From NCBI GenBank assembly GCA_028694645.1, contig JAQVKM010000004.1, positions 210-64,209 on the forward strand: DNA of 64,000 nt. Direction: 5' to 3'. Under the pieces are notes generated by a model that was given only the letters and a program-made list of their open reading frames with translations, was not told where the DNA came from and made no database searches. Both the position numbers and the translations under genes were made by a program. Below, one piece after another: positions 9,120 to 19,069 of the stretch (positions are counted from its first letter, which is position 1; every line of letters starts with the position of its first letter). The stretch comes from Bacilli bacterium. Its GTDB lineage: Bacteria; Bacillota_I; Bacilli_A; RF39; UBA660.

Positions 9120-10739
9120 ATGGAAAAAATATATGTTTTTGGGCATAAAAAACCTGATACCGATAGTGTGACATCAAGCATAGCTTTATCATATCTTAAA
9201 AATCAATTAGGAATCAATACTTCTCCAAGAGTTCTTGGAAATCCAAATAATGAAACTAAATTTGTTTTAAAATATTTTAATGTTGTTGAACCAAAATATT
9301 TAAATGATGTTAAATTAGAAATAAAAGATTTAAATTATTTAAAAGATTGTTCTTTATATTCAGATAATACAATTTACGATAGTTTTTTATATATGAATGA
9401 TAACAATATTGGAAGTATCCCAGTTGTCAACAGAAACAATAAACTATTAGGACTAGTTTCACTAAAAGATATTGCAAAACATCAAATAAATGATGAAATC
9501 AATAGTTTAATGACCTCTTATACAAACATAATTAGAACTCTAAATGCTAAAGAAATATTAAAATTTGATGATGAAATATGTGGCAAAATTATTGTAACAT
9601 CATATAGTAGTTCAACATTTATTGAAAATGCCAAGATAAATGAAAATACTATTTTAATAGTTGGAGACAGACATAGTATTATAGAATATGCAATTAAATG
9701 TAAAGTTAAAATGATTATTCTAACAAGAAACTCATTTATTAAAGATGAGCACATTAAATTAGCTAAAGATAATAAAATAAATATTGTTTTATCAAATGAA
9801 TCAGCTTTTAATACAACCAGAAAAATCTGGCTATCTAATTACTTAGAAACAATTGTTTTAAAAGATGTCGTTTCATTGCTTGATGATCAAGAGGTAGACG
9901 ATTTTCTAGAAATTGCTAGAAAAAATAAGTACACTAATTATCCTGTAATTAATAAAAAAAATGAATGTAGTGGTATTTTGCGTTTATCTGACATAAATGA
10001 TGCAAATAGAAAAAAAGTTATTTTAGTTGATCATAATGAAAAAAATCAAAGCGTCGATGGAATTGAAGATGCAGACATTATTGAAATAATTGATCATCAT
10101 AAAATAGGTAACATTGATACAACTCTACCTATTAATTTTAGAAATATGCCTGTTGGAAGCACAAATACAATTATTTATTCTTTATATAAAGAAGCAAAAA
10201 TTTCCATTCCAAAGGAAATTGCTGGATTAATGTTATCAGGAATTATTTCAGATACATTACTATTCAGATCTCCAACAACTACTTATATGGATAAAGATGC
10301 CGTTATTGATTTAAGTAAAATTGCTAATATTAATTATGAAGAATATGGAATGCAAATGTTAAAAGCAGGTTCTTCTTTAAAAGGAAAGACAAAAGAAGAA
10401 ATTTTATATAATGACTTTAAAAACTTTACAATAGATAATAGAAAAATTGGTATTGGTCAAGTATTAACATTAAATATTGATGAAATATTAAAAGATAAAG
10501 ATGATTATATAAGTATTATCAATAAAATTGCTTACCAAAACGAATATCATATGGTGGCTTTATTTGTAACTGATATAATTAATAATGGTTCCTATATTTT
10601 ATATAATGATGAATCAAAAAATATATTTGAAAATGTATTTGAAATTGAAGAATTATATCAAGGATATTTTTTAGATAAATATATATCACGAAAAAAACAA
10701 ATTATTCCAAATATAATAGCCGCACTAGAAAAAAAATAA
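9120..10739 (+). CDS. CBS-domain-containing family II inorganic pyrophosphatase (DHH - CBS pair - DRTGG - DHHA2)
   Basis: Start moved to MEKIY, with a GGTGAT RBS and an extended -10 TGATATAAT upstream. It has the DHH N-motif (HKKPDTDSV), CBS segments, a DRTGG-like insert (GDRHSIIEYA), the DHH motif (DHHK) and a DHHA2 region. At about 540 aa it matches clostridial CBS-PPases. Confidence 0.75.
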   Translation: MEKIYVFGHKKPDTDSVTSSIALSYLKNQLGINTSPRVLGNPNNETKFVLKYFNVVEPKYLNDVKLEIKDLNYLKDCSLYSDNTIYDSFLYMNDNNIGSIPVVNRNNKLLGLVSLKDIAKHQINDEINSLMTSYTNIIRTLNAKEILKFDDEICGKIIVTSYSSSTFIENAKINENTILIVGDRHSIIEYAIKCKVKMIILTRNSFIKDEHIKLAKDNKINIVLSNESAFNTTRKIWLSNYLETIVLKDVVSLLDDQEVDDFLEIARKNKYTNYPVINKKNECSGILRLSDINDANRKKVILVDHNEKNQSVDGIEDADIIEIIDHHKIGNIDTTLPINFRNMPVGSTNTIIYSLYKEAKISIPKEIAGLMLSGIISDTLLFRSPTTTYMDKDAVIDLSKIANINYEEYGMQMLKAGSSLKGKTKEEILYNDFKNFTIDNRKIGIGQVLTLNIDEILKDKDDYISIINKIAYQNEYHMVALFVTDIINNGSYILYNDESKNIFENVFEIEELYQGYFLDKYISRKKQIIPNIIAALEKK

Positions 10740-10757
10740 CCTATGTAATACATAAGG

Positions 10758-13700
10758 TTATTTTTTAATACACATTTTTTGTAAAAGAATAACTAAATCC
10801 AATAAATAATAAATGAAATGTTTATCTAATTTCAAAATATCTAAAGTTATTAATAGTTTTTTGCTTTTCATTCCAAATCTAAACATTCTTGAAATATTGC
10901 TTACTTCAAAAAACAACTTTTGTCCATCTATTTTTTCTGTTAATTCGCTTGGTAAATTAATTTCAATAAAATTATTTGTTTGTCTAATGTCTTTAATATT
11001 TAATTCTTTACATATTTTTTCAAACCATTCTTCGTGCATATATATATATAATTGTTCACTTATATTTCCAAAGCGATCTTCTATTTCTTCTTTTACCCGA
11101 TTCAATTTATCGTAAGAATCTATTTCATTAATTTTTTTGTGTATTTCTATTTTTAAATCAATATCAGAAACATAATCATCTTCGATTGTTGTTGATATTT
11201 CTATTAATGGTTTATCTTCCTTTATTTCTTCTTGCACTGTGGAAAAACCTCTTAATTTATTTACTTCCTCGCTTAGCATTTTTAAATATAAATCTATCCC
11301 AATTGTATCAATAAAACCTGCTTGTTCACTTCCTAAAATATCTCCCGCACCTCTTATTGATAAATCCCGCATTGCAATTGCAAATCCACTACCTAATTCC
11401 GTAAATTGTTTTATTACATTAAGTCTTTTTTGAGCAATATCAGATAATGTTTTTTGTTTATTATACATTAAATAACAATAAGCTATTTTGTTACTTCTAC
11501 CGACACGACCTCTAATTTGATACAATTGTGACAATCCAAAGCGATCAGCATCTATAATTATTAATGTATTGGCACTTGCAATATCAATCCCTGTTTCTAT
11601 TATTGTTGTACATATCAAAATATCCGCTTCTCGATTTATAAATTTAATCATCACATTTTCTAACTCTGTTTTTGACATTTGACCATGAGCAAATAATATT
11701 TTTGCATCTGGAACTAACTTATTTATTTCACTAGCTTTTCTTTCAATATCAGAAACATAATTATATAATATAAAGACTTGACCATTTCTCGTTATCTCTT
11801 TATATATGGCATCTTTGATTATACTGTTATTTTCTTCCAAAACATAAGTTTGAACTGGATACCTGTTTGTAGGAGGTGTCTCAAGCAAAGATAAATTTCT
11901 AATTCCCATCATTGACATTTGAAGAGTTCTTGGAATTGGTGTAGCCGATAAAGTTAATACATCAATATTATTTTTATATATTTTTATTTTTTCTTTGTGT
12001 TTTACACCAAATCTTTGTTCTTCATCAATTACTAATAATCCTAAATCTTTAAATACTATATCATCACTAAGTAATCTATGTGTACCAATTACAATATCAA
12101 TTTTTCCTTTTTTTAATTCATCTTTTATTTGGTTTACTTTTTTACTAGAAACAAAGCGATTTAATATTTCAATTTTTATAGGAAAATCTTTAAATCTCTC
12201 TATTGCATTATTATAGTGTTGACTAGAAAGTATTGTTGTGGGACATAAATATGCAACTTGTTTTCCTGAAAATACAGCTTTAAAAATTGCTCTAAAAGCT
12301 ACCTCGGTTTTTCCAAAACCAACATCGCCGCATAATAATCTATCCATCGGTTTTGAATTTTGCATATCTTTTTTAATTTCTTCAATTACCTTTATTTGAT
12401 CCACTGTTTCTTCATATGGAAATTCTTTTTCAAAAGCTAATTGATTTTCATCATCTTCATCAAATTTAAACCCTTCACTAGCTTCTCTTTTTGCATATAA
12501 TTCTATTAATTCACCAGCAATATCTTCGATTCTTTTTCTAACTTTTAATTTTGTTTTTTCCCATTCTGAACTACCTAATTTATTTATTTTAGGAATAATT
12601 CCTTCGTTTGATGAAAATTTACTTATTAAATCTATTTTTTCAACAGGTATATATAATTTATCGCTATCCTTATATTCAACCGTTAAATAATCCTTTTTTA
12701 AACCATTTTTTGTTAAGGTTTTAAGACCAACATATCTACCAATCCCATAAAGACTATGAACAATATAATCTCCTATATTTAATTTTGTAAGATCTCTTAT
12801 TTTATTGCCATATTTAAAGTTACTTTTATATTTACTAATTGATTTTTTATTATTAAAAAGCTCACTTTCACTTATAACTATATAATTATTATATACAAAA
12901 CCGCTGGTTATTTTTTTAATAATTAAATTTATTTTATTTTCCAATATTTCATTTTCATTAGTTATAAAAATATTTTTATTATCAATATTGTCTATAATTT
13001 TATTAATTTTATATCTATCATTTAAACAAATTACTATTGTCTTATTATTTTTAATATGCTTATTTAAAATATCATTTATTTTTGTTATTTCCTTTGGAAA
13101 TTCTTGATTTTCATAAGAATTATAATTTTGTGTTATATCTACATTAAAAGTTGTATTATTAAATTCAAAAAGATAATATGGATTTGAAATTTTAATATTA
13201 TTTAAATTATTCATATAATTTTTACTAATCACTTGATCTTTGTTATAATTATTAATTTCATCTAATAATAGCTCATAACCTTTGATTACACTATTATAAT
13301 CATTATACACAAGCTTAAAATCAGTAAAATAATCACAAATATTAAAACTTCTAACATTTTTAATATCACTACTGTTTTTTGAAGTAATTACATCTGGAAG
13401 TAGTTCTGTACATGGATATATTTCAACGCTATCTATTTTTTCAAAAGAAATTTGCGTGTTTTCATCAAAATACCTTATAGAATCAATTGTTTCTCCCCAA
13501 AATTCTAATCTTATTGGATTTTTTTCGAAAATAGGAAATATATCTATAACATATCCTCTTACAGCTATTTCACCTGTTTTATTAACAATTGTTTCCCTTG
13601 AATAACCAATATCGATTAAATCTTGAACTATTTTTTTAATATTATATTCTTTATCTTTAAAAAACTTAATTATTTTATTAGTATATTCTTTTTTTGAAGG

Positions 13701-14033
13701 AATAAATCTTAAAAAACCCATTAAACAAGTAACAACTATTTTTTTTTCATTTTTAATTAACTCATTTAATGTTTCAATTCTTGTTATTTCAAATTCTGGT
13801 GATATTGCTAATGCTTCACTTGTTAAAAAATCATCCATAGGAAAAAATAATACGTCTTCAGTATAATTTATTAATCTTTGATAAAAATCATTAGCTTCAT
13901 ATAAACTGTTATTCAAAACAATAATTGGTTCTTTATTGTTTTTAAATAAATTATAAACATAAATTGCTTTTAATTCTGGAGTTAATCCTGATATAGAATT
14001 ACTTTCTTTAATTATATTATCAAAAAAAGACAT
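10758..14033 (-). CDS. mfd: Transcription-repair coupling factor Mfd
   Basis: 1091 aa with UvrB-homology N-region and a superfamily 2 helicase core (GDVGFGKTEVA, DEEQRFG, TLSATPIPRTL). Confidence 0.95.
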   Translation of the reverse strand: MSFFDNIIKESNSISGLTPELKAIYVYNLFKNNKEPIIVLNNSLYEANDFYQRLINYTEDVLFFPMDDFLTSEALAISPEFEITRIETLNELIKNEKKIVVTCLMGFLRFIPSKKEYTNKIIKFFKDKEYNIKKIVQDLIDIGYSRETIVNKTGEIAVRGYVIDIFPIFEKNPIRLEFWGETIDSIRYFDENTQISFEKIDSVEIYPCTELLPDVITSKNSSDIKNVRSFNICDYFTDFKLVYNDYNSVIKGYELLLDEINNYNKDQVISKNYMNNLNNIKISNPYYLFEFNNTTFNVDITQNYNSYENQEFPKEITKINDILNKHIKNNKTIVICLNDRYKINKIIDNIDNKNIFITNENEILENKINLIIKKITSGFVYNNYIVISESELFNNKKSISKYKSNFKYGNKIRDLTKLNIGDYIVHSLYGIGRYVGLKTLTKNGLKKDYLTVEYKDSDKLYIPVEKIDLISKFSSNEGIIPKINKLGSSEWEKTKLKVRKRIEDIAGELIELYAKREASEGFKFDEDDENQLAFEKEFPYEETVDQIKVIEEIKKDMQNSKPMDRLLCGDVGFGKTEVAFRAIFKAVFSGKQVAYLCPTTILSSQHYNNAIERFKDFPIKIEILNRFVSSKKVNQIKDELKKGKIDIVIGTHRLLSDDIVFKDLGLLVIDEEQRFGVKHKEKIKIYKNNIDVLTLSATPIPRTLQMSMMGIRNLSLLETPPTNRYPVQTYVLEENNSIIKDAIYKEITRNGQVFILYNYVSDIERKASEINKLVPDAKILFAHGQMSKTELENVMIKFINREADILICTTIIETGIDIASANTLIIIDADRFGLSQLYQIRGRVGRSNKIAYCYLMYNKQKTLSDIAQKRLNVIKQFTELGSGFAIAMRDLSIRGAGDILGSEQAGFIDTIGIDLYLKMLSEEVNKLRGFSTVQEEIKEDKPLIEISTTIEDDYVSDIDLKIEIHKKINEIDSYDKLNRVKEEIEDRFGNISEQLYIYMHEEWFEKICKELNIKDIRQTNNFIEINLPSELTEKIDGQKLFFEVSNISRMFRFGMKSKKLLITLDILKLDKHFIYYLLDLVILLQKMCIKK

Positions 14034-14070
14034 ATTATTCCTCCTTTCACGACAAAAATGATACTTAGTA

Positions 14071-14664
14071 TCACTTATTATATTTATTCATTAAATTATC
14101 AAAGCTAATTACTAAAAAATCATCAATGATATCAGATATAGTTTTAATTATTTTATCTATCACTTCTTTGTCAATAGAATTAATTTGACTTAAAACATAA
14201 TCTTTGGTATCTGTTTTTTTATCATTTGATATTCCTATCTTTACTCTTTTATATTCTTTGGTTTTAAGCTGATTTTCAATATTTTTAAGGCCATTATGCC
14301 CTCCACTACCACCTTTATATTTTAATTTAAGAGTACCAACATTCAAATCTAAATCATCACTTATAATTAATATGTCGGATATTTGTATTTTATAATAATC
14401 CACAAATTTTTTAATTACATCTCCAGACAAATTAATATAGCTTTGTGGCTTAAGTAAAATTATTTTTTCATTATTATATATAAATTCGGTATATACCCCT
14501 CCGAATTTTTCCTTGTTTAAAACGATTTTTTTATTTTTTGCATAATAATCAATCGCCATAAATCCCATATTATGTCTTGTATTTTCATATTCTTTACCTG
14601 GATTTCCAAGTCCTACAATCAATTTCAATTTACTCACCTCGATGATATTCTTTGTAAACTTCAT
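14071..14664 (-). CDS. pth: Peptidyl-tRNA hydrolase
   Basis: 197 aa with LIVGLGNPG...HNMGF signature. Confidence 0.9.
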   Translation of the reverse strand: MKFTKNIIEVSKLKLIVGLGNPGKEYENTRHNMGFMAIDYYAKNKKIVLNKEKFGGVYTEFIYNNEKIILLKPQSYINLSGDVIKKFVDYYKIQISDILIISDDLDLNVGTLKLKYKGGSGGHNGLKNIENQLKTKEYKRVKIGISNDKKTDTKDYVLSQINSIDKEVIDKIIKTISDIIDDFLVISFDNLMNKYNK

Positions 14665-15478
14665 TTTTATTTATGTTTCGATCACTTGAAACTTTTTTTA
14701 TTGCATCCATTGATGTCATACCTTCTTTTAAATAAAGATTAACATGCTCGATAATTGATAAATGTTCAAATGTTTTTATTTCATCGTTTCCTGAAACAAC
14801 AATTACCATTTCCCCTTTAATATCAATCATTTCTGGAATGATTTCATTTATCATTCCACGATAAATTTCTTCAAATTTTTTTGATATTTCCCGGGAAATT
14901 GATATTTTTCTATTTCCCAAAACATCTAACATGTCATTTAGAGTTCTATTGATACGATGAGGAGATTCATAAAATATAAGTGTTTCTTTTACACTTTTTA
15001 ATTCTTCTAACTCTTTTTTTAATTTACTTTCTTTATTATTTAAAAATCCATAAAATAAAAATGGTTGTGGATTAATTCCTGAACAGATTAAAGCTGGAAC
15101 AAACGCAGTTGGTCCTGGTAGAGCTACAACATTATAATTATTGTCTATTGCAATTTTAACAAGTTCAAAACCAGGATCACTTATAATAGGTGTGCCTCTA
15201 TCTGTTACTAAACCCACATTAAATCCCTTTGATAAATACTCAATAATTTTATTTTCATTATTACTTTCATTAAATTTATGATTAGAAATTAACTTTTTCT
15301 TTATATTCAAATGTTTTAATAATAATGATGTAATTCTTGTATCTTCACAAAAAATAACCTCTACTTCATTTAGTATTTTAACTGCGCGAAGAGTAATATC
15401 ATCTAAATTACCAATTGGGGTTGGTATTAAATACAGGGTTGCTGTATTATTATAACTTTTTTGCGACATTTTTATCAC
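14630..15478 (-). CDS. rsmI: 16S rRNA (cytidine1402-2'-O)-methyltransferase RsmI
   Basis: 282 aa with tetrapyrrole-methylase fold signature LYLIPTPIGNLDDITLRAVKIL...EDTR. Confidence 0.85.
   Translation of the reverse strand: MIKMSQKSYNNTATLYLIPTPIGNLDDITLRAVKILNEVEVIFCEDTRITSLLLKHLNIKKKLISNHKFNESNNENKIIEYLSKGFNVGLVTDRGTPIISDPGFELVKIAIDNNYNVVALPGPTAFVPALICSGINPQPFLFYGFLNNKESKLKKELEELKSVKETLIFYESPHRINRTLNDMLDVLGNRKISISREISKKFEEIYRGMINEIIPEMIDIKGEMVIVVSGNDEIKTFEHLSIIEHVNLYLKEGMTSMDAIKKVSSDRNINKNEVYKEYHRGE
14886..14899. other. Perfect Noc-binding-site (NBS) consensus ATTTCCCGGGAAAT inside the rsmI coding sequence
   Basis: Exact 14-bp match to the B. subtilis NBS palindrome, flanked by TGAT...TTGATA. 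A Noc homologue is encoded in the window. Confidence 0.45.
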
Positions 15479-15480
15479 CT

Positions 15481-16200
15481 CTATTCAAAATATTTTATAA
15501 CTTGTTCACTATAATTTCCATCCTCATCATGTACAAATAATGGTTCTAAAATTTTTAGACCAGCATTTCCGTTTTTTCTACCCTCTATTAATAGTATATT
15601 TGCTTCTTTATTTTTTTTAGGATAAACTAATTGCATTTTTTTTGGTTCAATATTATTTTTTTTCATTATTGTTATAATATCAATCAAACGTTCAGGTCGA
15701 TGAACGATTGATATTATACCATTGTTTTTCAATAATTTCTTGCTTATTTTAAATAATCTTTCTAAATCTAAGTTTATTTCATGTCTGGCTATTGACTTAA
15801 AATCATTATTATTTAAATGTGCTTCATTAGTTGTTTTAAAAAATGGAGGATTACAAGTAATTATATCATAAATTTCCGTTTGACATTCATTACTATAATC
15901 ATTTACATCCTGATTTATAATTCTTATTTGATCTTCTAATTTATTATAATTTACAGATTTTATAGCTAAATCATATGCTTTTTTTTGAATTTCTATTGCA
16001 TCTATTAAACATTTTGTTTTTGTTGTTATAATTAATGGAATAACGGCATTTCCTGTTCCAATATCTAATATTTTATTAATTTTTTTATTTATTGTAACAA
16101 AATTTGCAAGCAATACAGAATCTAATGAAAACTTAAACATTTTTGTATCCTGATATATTTTTAAATTCTCATATCCCAAGAGATAATTAATTACTTCCAT
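15481..16200 (-). CDS. Class I SAM-dependent methyltransferase, YabB/TrmN6-like (tRNA adenine-N6 methyltransferase family)
   Basis: 239 aa with SAM motif DIGTGNAV and NPPF catalytic motif (CNPPFF). It sits in the same position as B. subtilis yabB next to rsmI. Confidence 0.6.
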   Translation of the reverse strand: MEVINYLLGYENLKIYQDTKMFKFSLDSVLLANFVTINKKINKILDIGTGNAVIPLIITTKTKCLIDAIEIQKKAYDLAIKSVNYNKLEDQIRIINQDVNDYSNECQTEIYDIITCNPPFFKTTNEAHLNNNDFKSIARHEINLDLERLFKISKKLLKNNGIISIVHRPERLIDIITIMKKNNIEPKKMQLVYPKKNKEANILLIEGRKNGNAGLKILEPLFVHDEDGNYSEQVIKYFE

Positions 16201-16984
16201 TACAGCCCGTTACCTCAATAATACCTATGTTTGGAATATCGACTTTATATTTTTTATTAAGTATATCAACATCAATTACTTTGCCTTGTCCTTCTTCAAG
16301 GATAACAAAGTCTCCAAGATTTGGCAAACATTGTTTACATTCCTTATAATAATCATTTTCATATTTTAAACAACAAAGAAGCCTTCCACATACACCATTA
16401 ATTTTGTTTTGATTTAAAGAAATATTTTGATTTTTTGCCATTGATATAGAAACTGATTCAAAATCCTTTAAAAATCTAGCACAACATAATTTTTGACCAC
16501 AAATTCCGTGTCCACCTATCTTTTTTGCTTTATCTCTAACACCTATTTGTCGTAATTCTATTCTTGTTTTATATATTGAAGCTAAAGACTTAGCTAATAA
16601 TCTAAAATCTATTCTGTCTTCCGCATAAAAATGGAATAATAGTTGATCTCTATCAAATGTAAATATTGCATCTATTATTTGCATATTTAGACTATATTTT
16701 TTTGATAATTCTATTGCATCATTCAATGCACTGTTAGCATCTTTAATATTTTTTTTATGATTCTGTAAGTCTTTTTCATCTGCAGGCCTAATTACTTTAT
16801 AAGATACTTCCTTTTCATCTTTTTCTATTATTTCTGTTACCGCTTTACCAAAATAAACACACTTTTCCTTTTCAACAACAAAAAAAGAATTTTTAGTTAC
16901 TTTCAAATCAACTTGATTTTGTGGTATCAAAGCATAGTATGTTTTTTCATCATTTTCAAACAATATTCCAACTGCTTTTATCAT
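16187..16984 (-). CDS. ricT: PSP1-domain protein RicT/YaaT
   Basis: 265 aa with PSP1 C-terminal domain and Cys cluster (GICGQKLCCARFL, GRLLCCLKYE). It lies adjacent to holB as in B. subtilis. Confidence 0.8.
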   Translation of the reverse strand: MIKAVGILFENDEKTYYALIPQNQVDLKVTKNSFFVVEKEKCVYFGKAVTEIIEKDEKEVSYKVIRPADEKDLQNHKKNIKDANSALNDAIELSKKYSLNMQIIDAIFTFDRDQLLFHFYAEDRIDFRLLAKSLASIYKTRIELRQIGVRDKAKKIGGHGICGQKLCCARFLKDFESVSISMAKNQNISLNQNKINGVCGRLLCCLKYENDYYKECKQCLPNLGDFVILEEGQGKVIDVDILNKKYKVDIPNIGIIEVTGCNGSN

Positions 16985-17920
16985 TTAATCACATCTTTCT
17001 AAATCTAATATTAACTTATCAATTAATAAATATGAATTGATATTATAATTTATTTTTTCTTTTGTATTAATAATTACTTTTATTTTTTTATTCGTTTCCT
17101 CTATATTATTAACATCAGCAAGTTTTATTAATTCATTTTTATAATCATTAAAATATTCAAAATTTCCTTTTACATTATAATTAATTATGTCTTTATAAAT
17201 TAAAATTATTATATTTATAGCCAATAAAATTTCATCTTTTTCTTTTAACAAATTATGCCACAATTTTTGTGTTTTTAATAGAGCATCTTTTTTATTATTT
17301 TCGTAATATAATATAAAATTAAATGCTACTTCCATTATTTCAAAAAATCTTTCATCATTAACATTGACATTAATGCTGTTTTTAATTATATCAATTATAT
17401 TGTTTCCAACATTATTTATTTGCCTTTTAAATGAAATTATTTGACATCTAGATGAGATTGTATTCATCATTTGATATACATTATCACAAATTAATATTGC
17501 TATTATATTATCTTGCGGTTCTTCTAAAAATTTTAGAATTGAATTAGCAGATTGTTTATTTAATCTATCTGCTTGATCAATTATATATACTCTTTTGTTT
17601 GATTGTATCCCAGTAGTACTAAATTCTTTTTGTAAATCATCTAATTGTTCTTTTTTTATCCATAATCCTTCTGGTGAAATAATTTTTAATTCAGAAAATA
17701 TGTTTTTATCAATGTTATCACATTGTGTACATTTTCCACAATGTTTTATTTCATTATTTTTTGGACATAAAATCATTTTAGCAAATTCTTTTGCTAACTG
17801 AATTTTATCTTTATAACCATTCGTTTCAAATAAATATGCATGTCCAATTTTCTGTTTCAACACGGCGTTTTTTAAAATTTTGCAAACTATTTGTTGCTCT
17901 TTTTCTAAATTTTCAATCAT
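16985..17920 (-). CDS. holB: DNA polymerase III subunit delta prime
   Basis: 311 aa with degenerate AAA+ clamp-loader fold, a zinc module (CGKCTQC) and an SRC-like motif. Confidence 0.85.
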   Translation of the reverse strand: MIENLEKEQQIVCKILKNAVLKQKIGHAYLFETNGYKDKIQLAKEFAKMILCPKNNEIKHCGKCTQCDNIDKNIFSELKIISPEGLWIKKEQLDDLQKEFSTTGIQSNKRVYIIDQADRLNKQSANSILKFLEEPQDNIIAILICDNVYQMMNTISSRCQIISFKRQINNVGNNIIDIIKNSINVNVNDERFFEIMEVAFNFILYYENNKKDALLKTQKLWHNLLKEKDEILLAINIIILIYKDIINYNVKGNFEYFNDYKNELIKLADVNNIEETNKKIKVIINTKEKINYNINSYLLIDKLILDLERCD

Positions 17921-17931
17921 ATTTCACCTCT

Positions 17932-18129
17932 TTAAAATATTAATATGTGAATCAAAATTAGTGCAAATAGAGCTGGGATTCCTAATATTGTTATTATTAC
18001 TACATTTATTAAATTTATTGGAATAATCAAGTCTATAGGTTGTGATAGTAGATTAAATCCATATAGTAAAAAACAAACAACAATAGCTTTTTTAACAATC
18101 TTATATATTTTTTTTAACATATTCTTCAC
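17932..18129 (-). CDS. BofA-family small membrane protein
   Basis: 65 aa with two TM helices. PINLINVVIITILGIPALFALILI aligns with B. subtilis BofA (VPINLVTTAISGILGIPGIAALVVI). Its position between recR and holB matches the B. subtilis bofA neighbourhood. Confidence 0.5.
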   Translation of the reverse strand: MKNMLKKIYKIVKKAIVVCFLLYGFNLLSQPIDLIIPINLINVVIITILGIPALFALILIHILIF

Positions 18130-18158
18130 CTAAATAAATATATGATTTTATTTTATTT

Positions 18159-18758
18159 TTATGAAATGTTAGTTCTATCTTCTAAAGCTAACTCTAATGT
18201 CAAGGAATCTATATATTCCATGTCGATGCCTATTGGTATTCCATGAGCTATTTTACTTATTTTTAGTTGCTTGTTCTCGAGCATTTTTTTTATGTAAAGT
18301 GATGTTGTTTCTCCTTCAATTCCTGGTTTTAATGCAAGAATTATTTCTGATATATTTTCATTATTAATTCTTTCAAATAACAAATTCAATTTAATATCTT
18401 CTGGATTTTTCCCATCTAATGGTGATATTAAACCATCTAACACATGATAAAGTCCATTATATATTCCTAATTTTTCAAATATTACAACGTTTTTTGGTGA
18501 ATCTACAATACATAAGGTTTTTCTATCTCTATCTTTTATTTTGCATATCTCACAAATTTCTTCTTCTGCTAAATTATTACAAATTTTACATCTGCCGATT
18601 TTAGTTTTAACATCTGTCAACGATTTTGAAAACAACTCGATAATATTATCATCTAGTTCTAGAGCCGCCAAAGCATATCTCTCTGCTGTTTTTTCTCCAA
18701 CCCCAGGTAGTTTTTTAAAACACTCTATGAGATTTTGAATTGTCGTCGGATATTTCAT
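18159..18758 (-). CDS. recR: Recombination protein RecR
   Basis: 199 aa with HhH motif, C4 zinc finger (CKICNNLAEEEICEIC) and Toprim domain. Confidence 0.95.
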   Translation of the reverse strand: MKYPTTIQNLIECFKKLPGVGEKTAERYALAALELDDNIIELFSKSLTDVKTKIGRCKICNNLAEEEICEICKIKDRDRKTLCIVDSPKNVVIFEKLGIYNGLYHVLDGLISPLDGKNPEDIKLNLLFERINNENISEIILALKPGIEGETTSLYIKKMLENKQLKISKIAHGIPIGIDMEYIDSLTLELALEDRTNIS

Positions 18759-19060
18759 TAAAATAATCCCGGCATCCCTTGAGTATATTTACCAAGTTTT
18801 TTTTCAGTTTCTTCATCTATTTGTTTCAATGCATTGTTGATTGAAATGACTATCATATCTTCTAACATTTCAATGTCATCTTGTTCAACACATTCCATAT
18901 TAATTTTCACTTTTTTTATTTCTTTTGTTCCTTTTAATATTACTTCGACATTTGATGCCTTTCCAACAAATTCTTTTTCATCTATCATTTGTTTTTCATT
19001 CATCATATCTTTTTGAAGTTTTTGAGCTTGTTTCATCATTGCTTGTATATTCATATTCAT
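18758..19060 (-). CDS. ebfC: Nucleoid-associated protein YbaB/EbfC
   Basis: 100 aa of typical YbaB sequence (MMKQAQKLQKDMMN...GMPGLF). Confidence 0.9.
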   Translation of the reverse strand: MNMNIQAMMKQAQKLQKDMMNEKQMIDEKEFVGKASNVEVILKGTKEIKKVKINMECVEQDDIEMLEDMIVISINNALKQIDEETEKKLGKYTQGMPGLF

Positions 19061-19069
19061 TCCTCTTTT

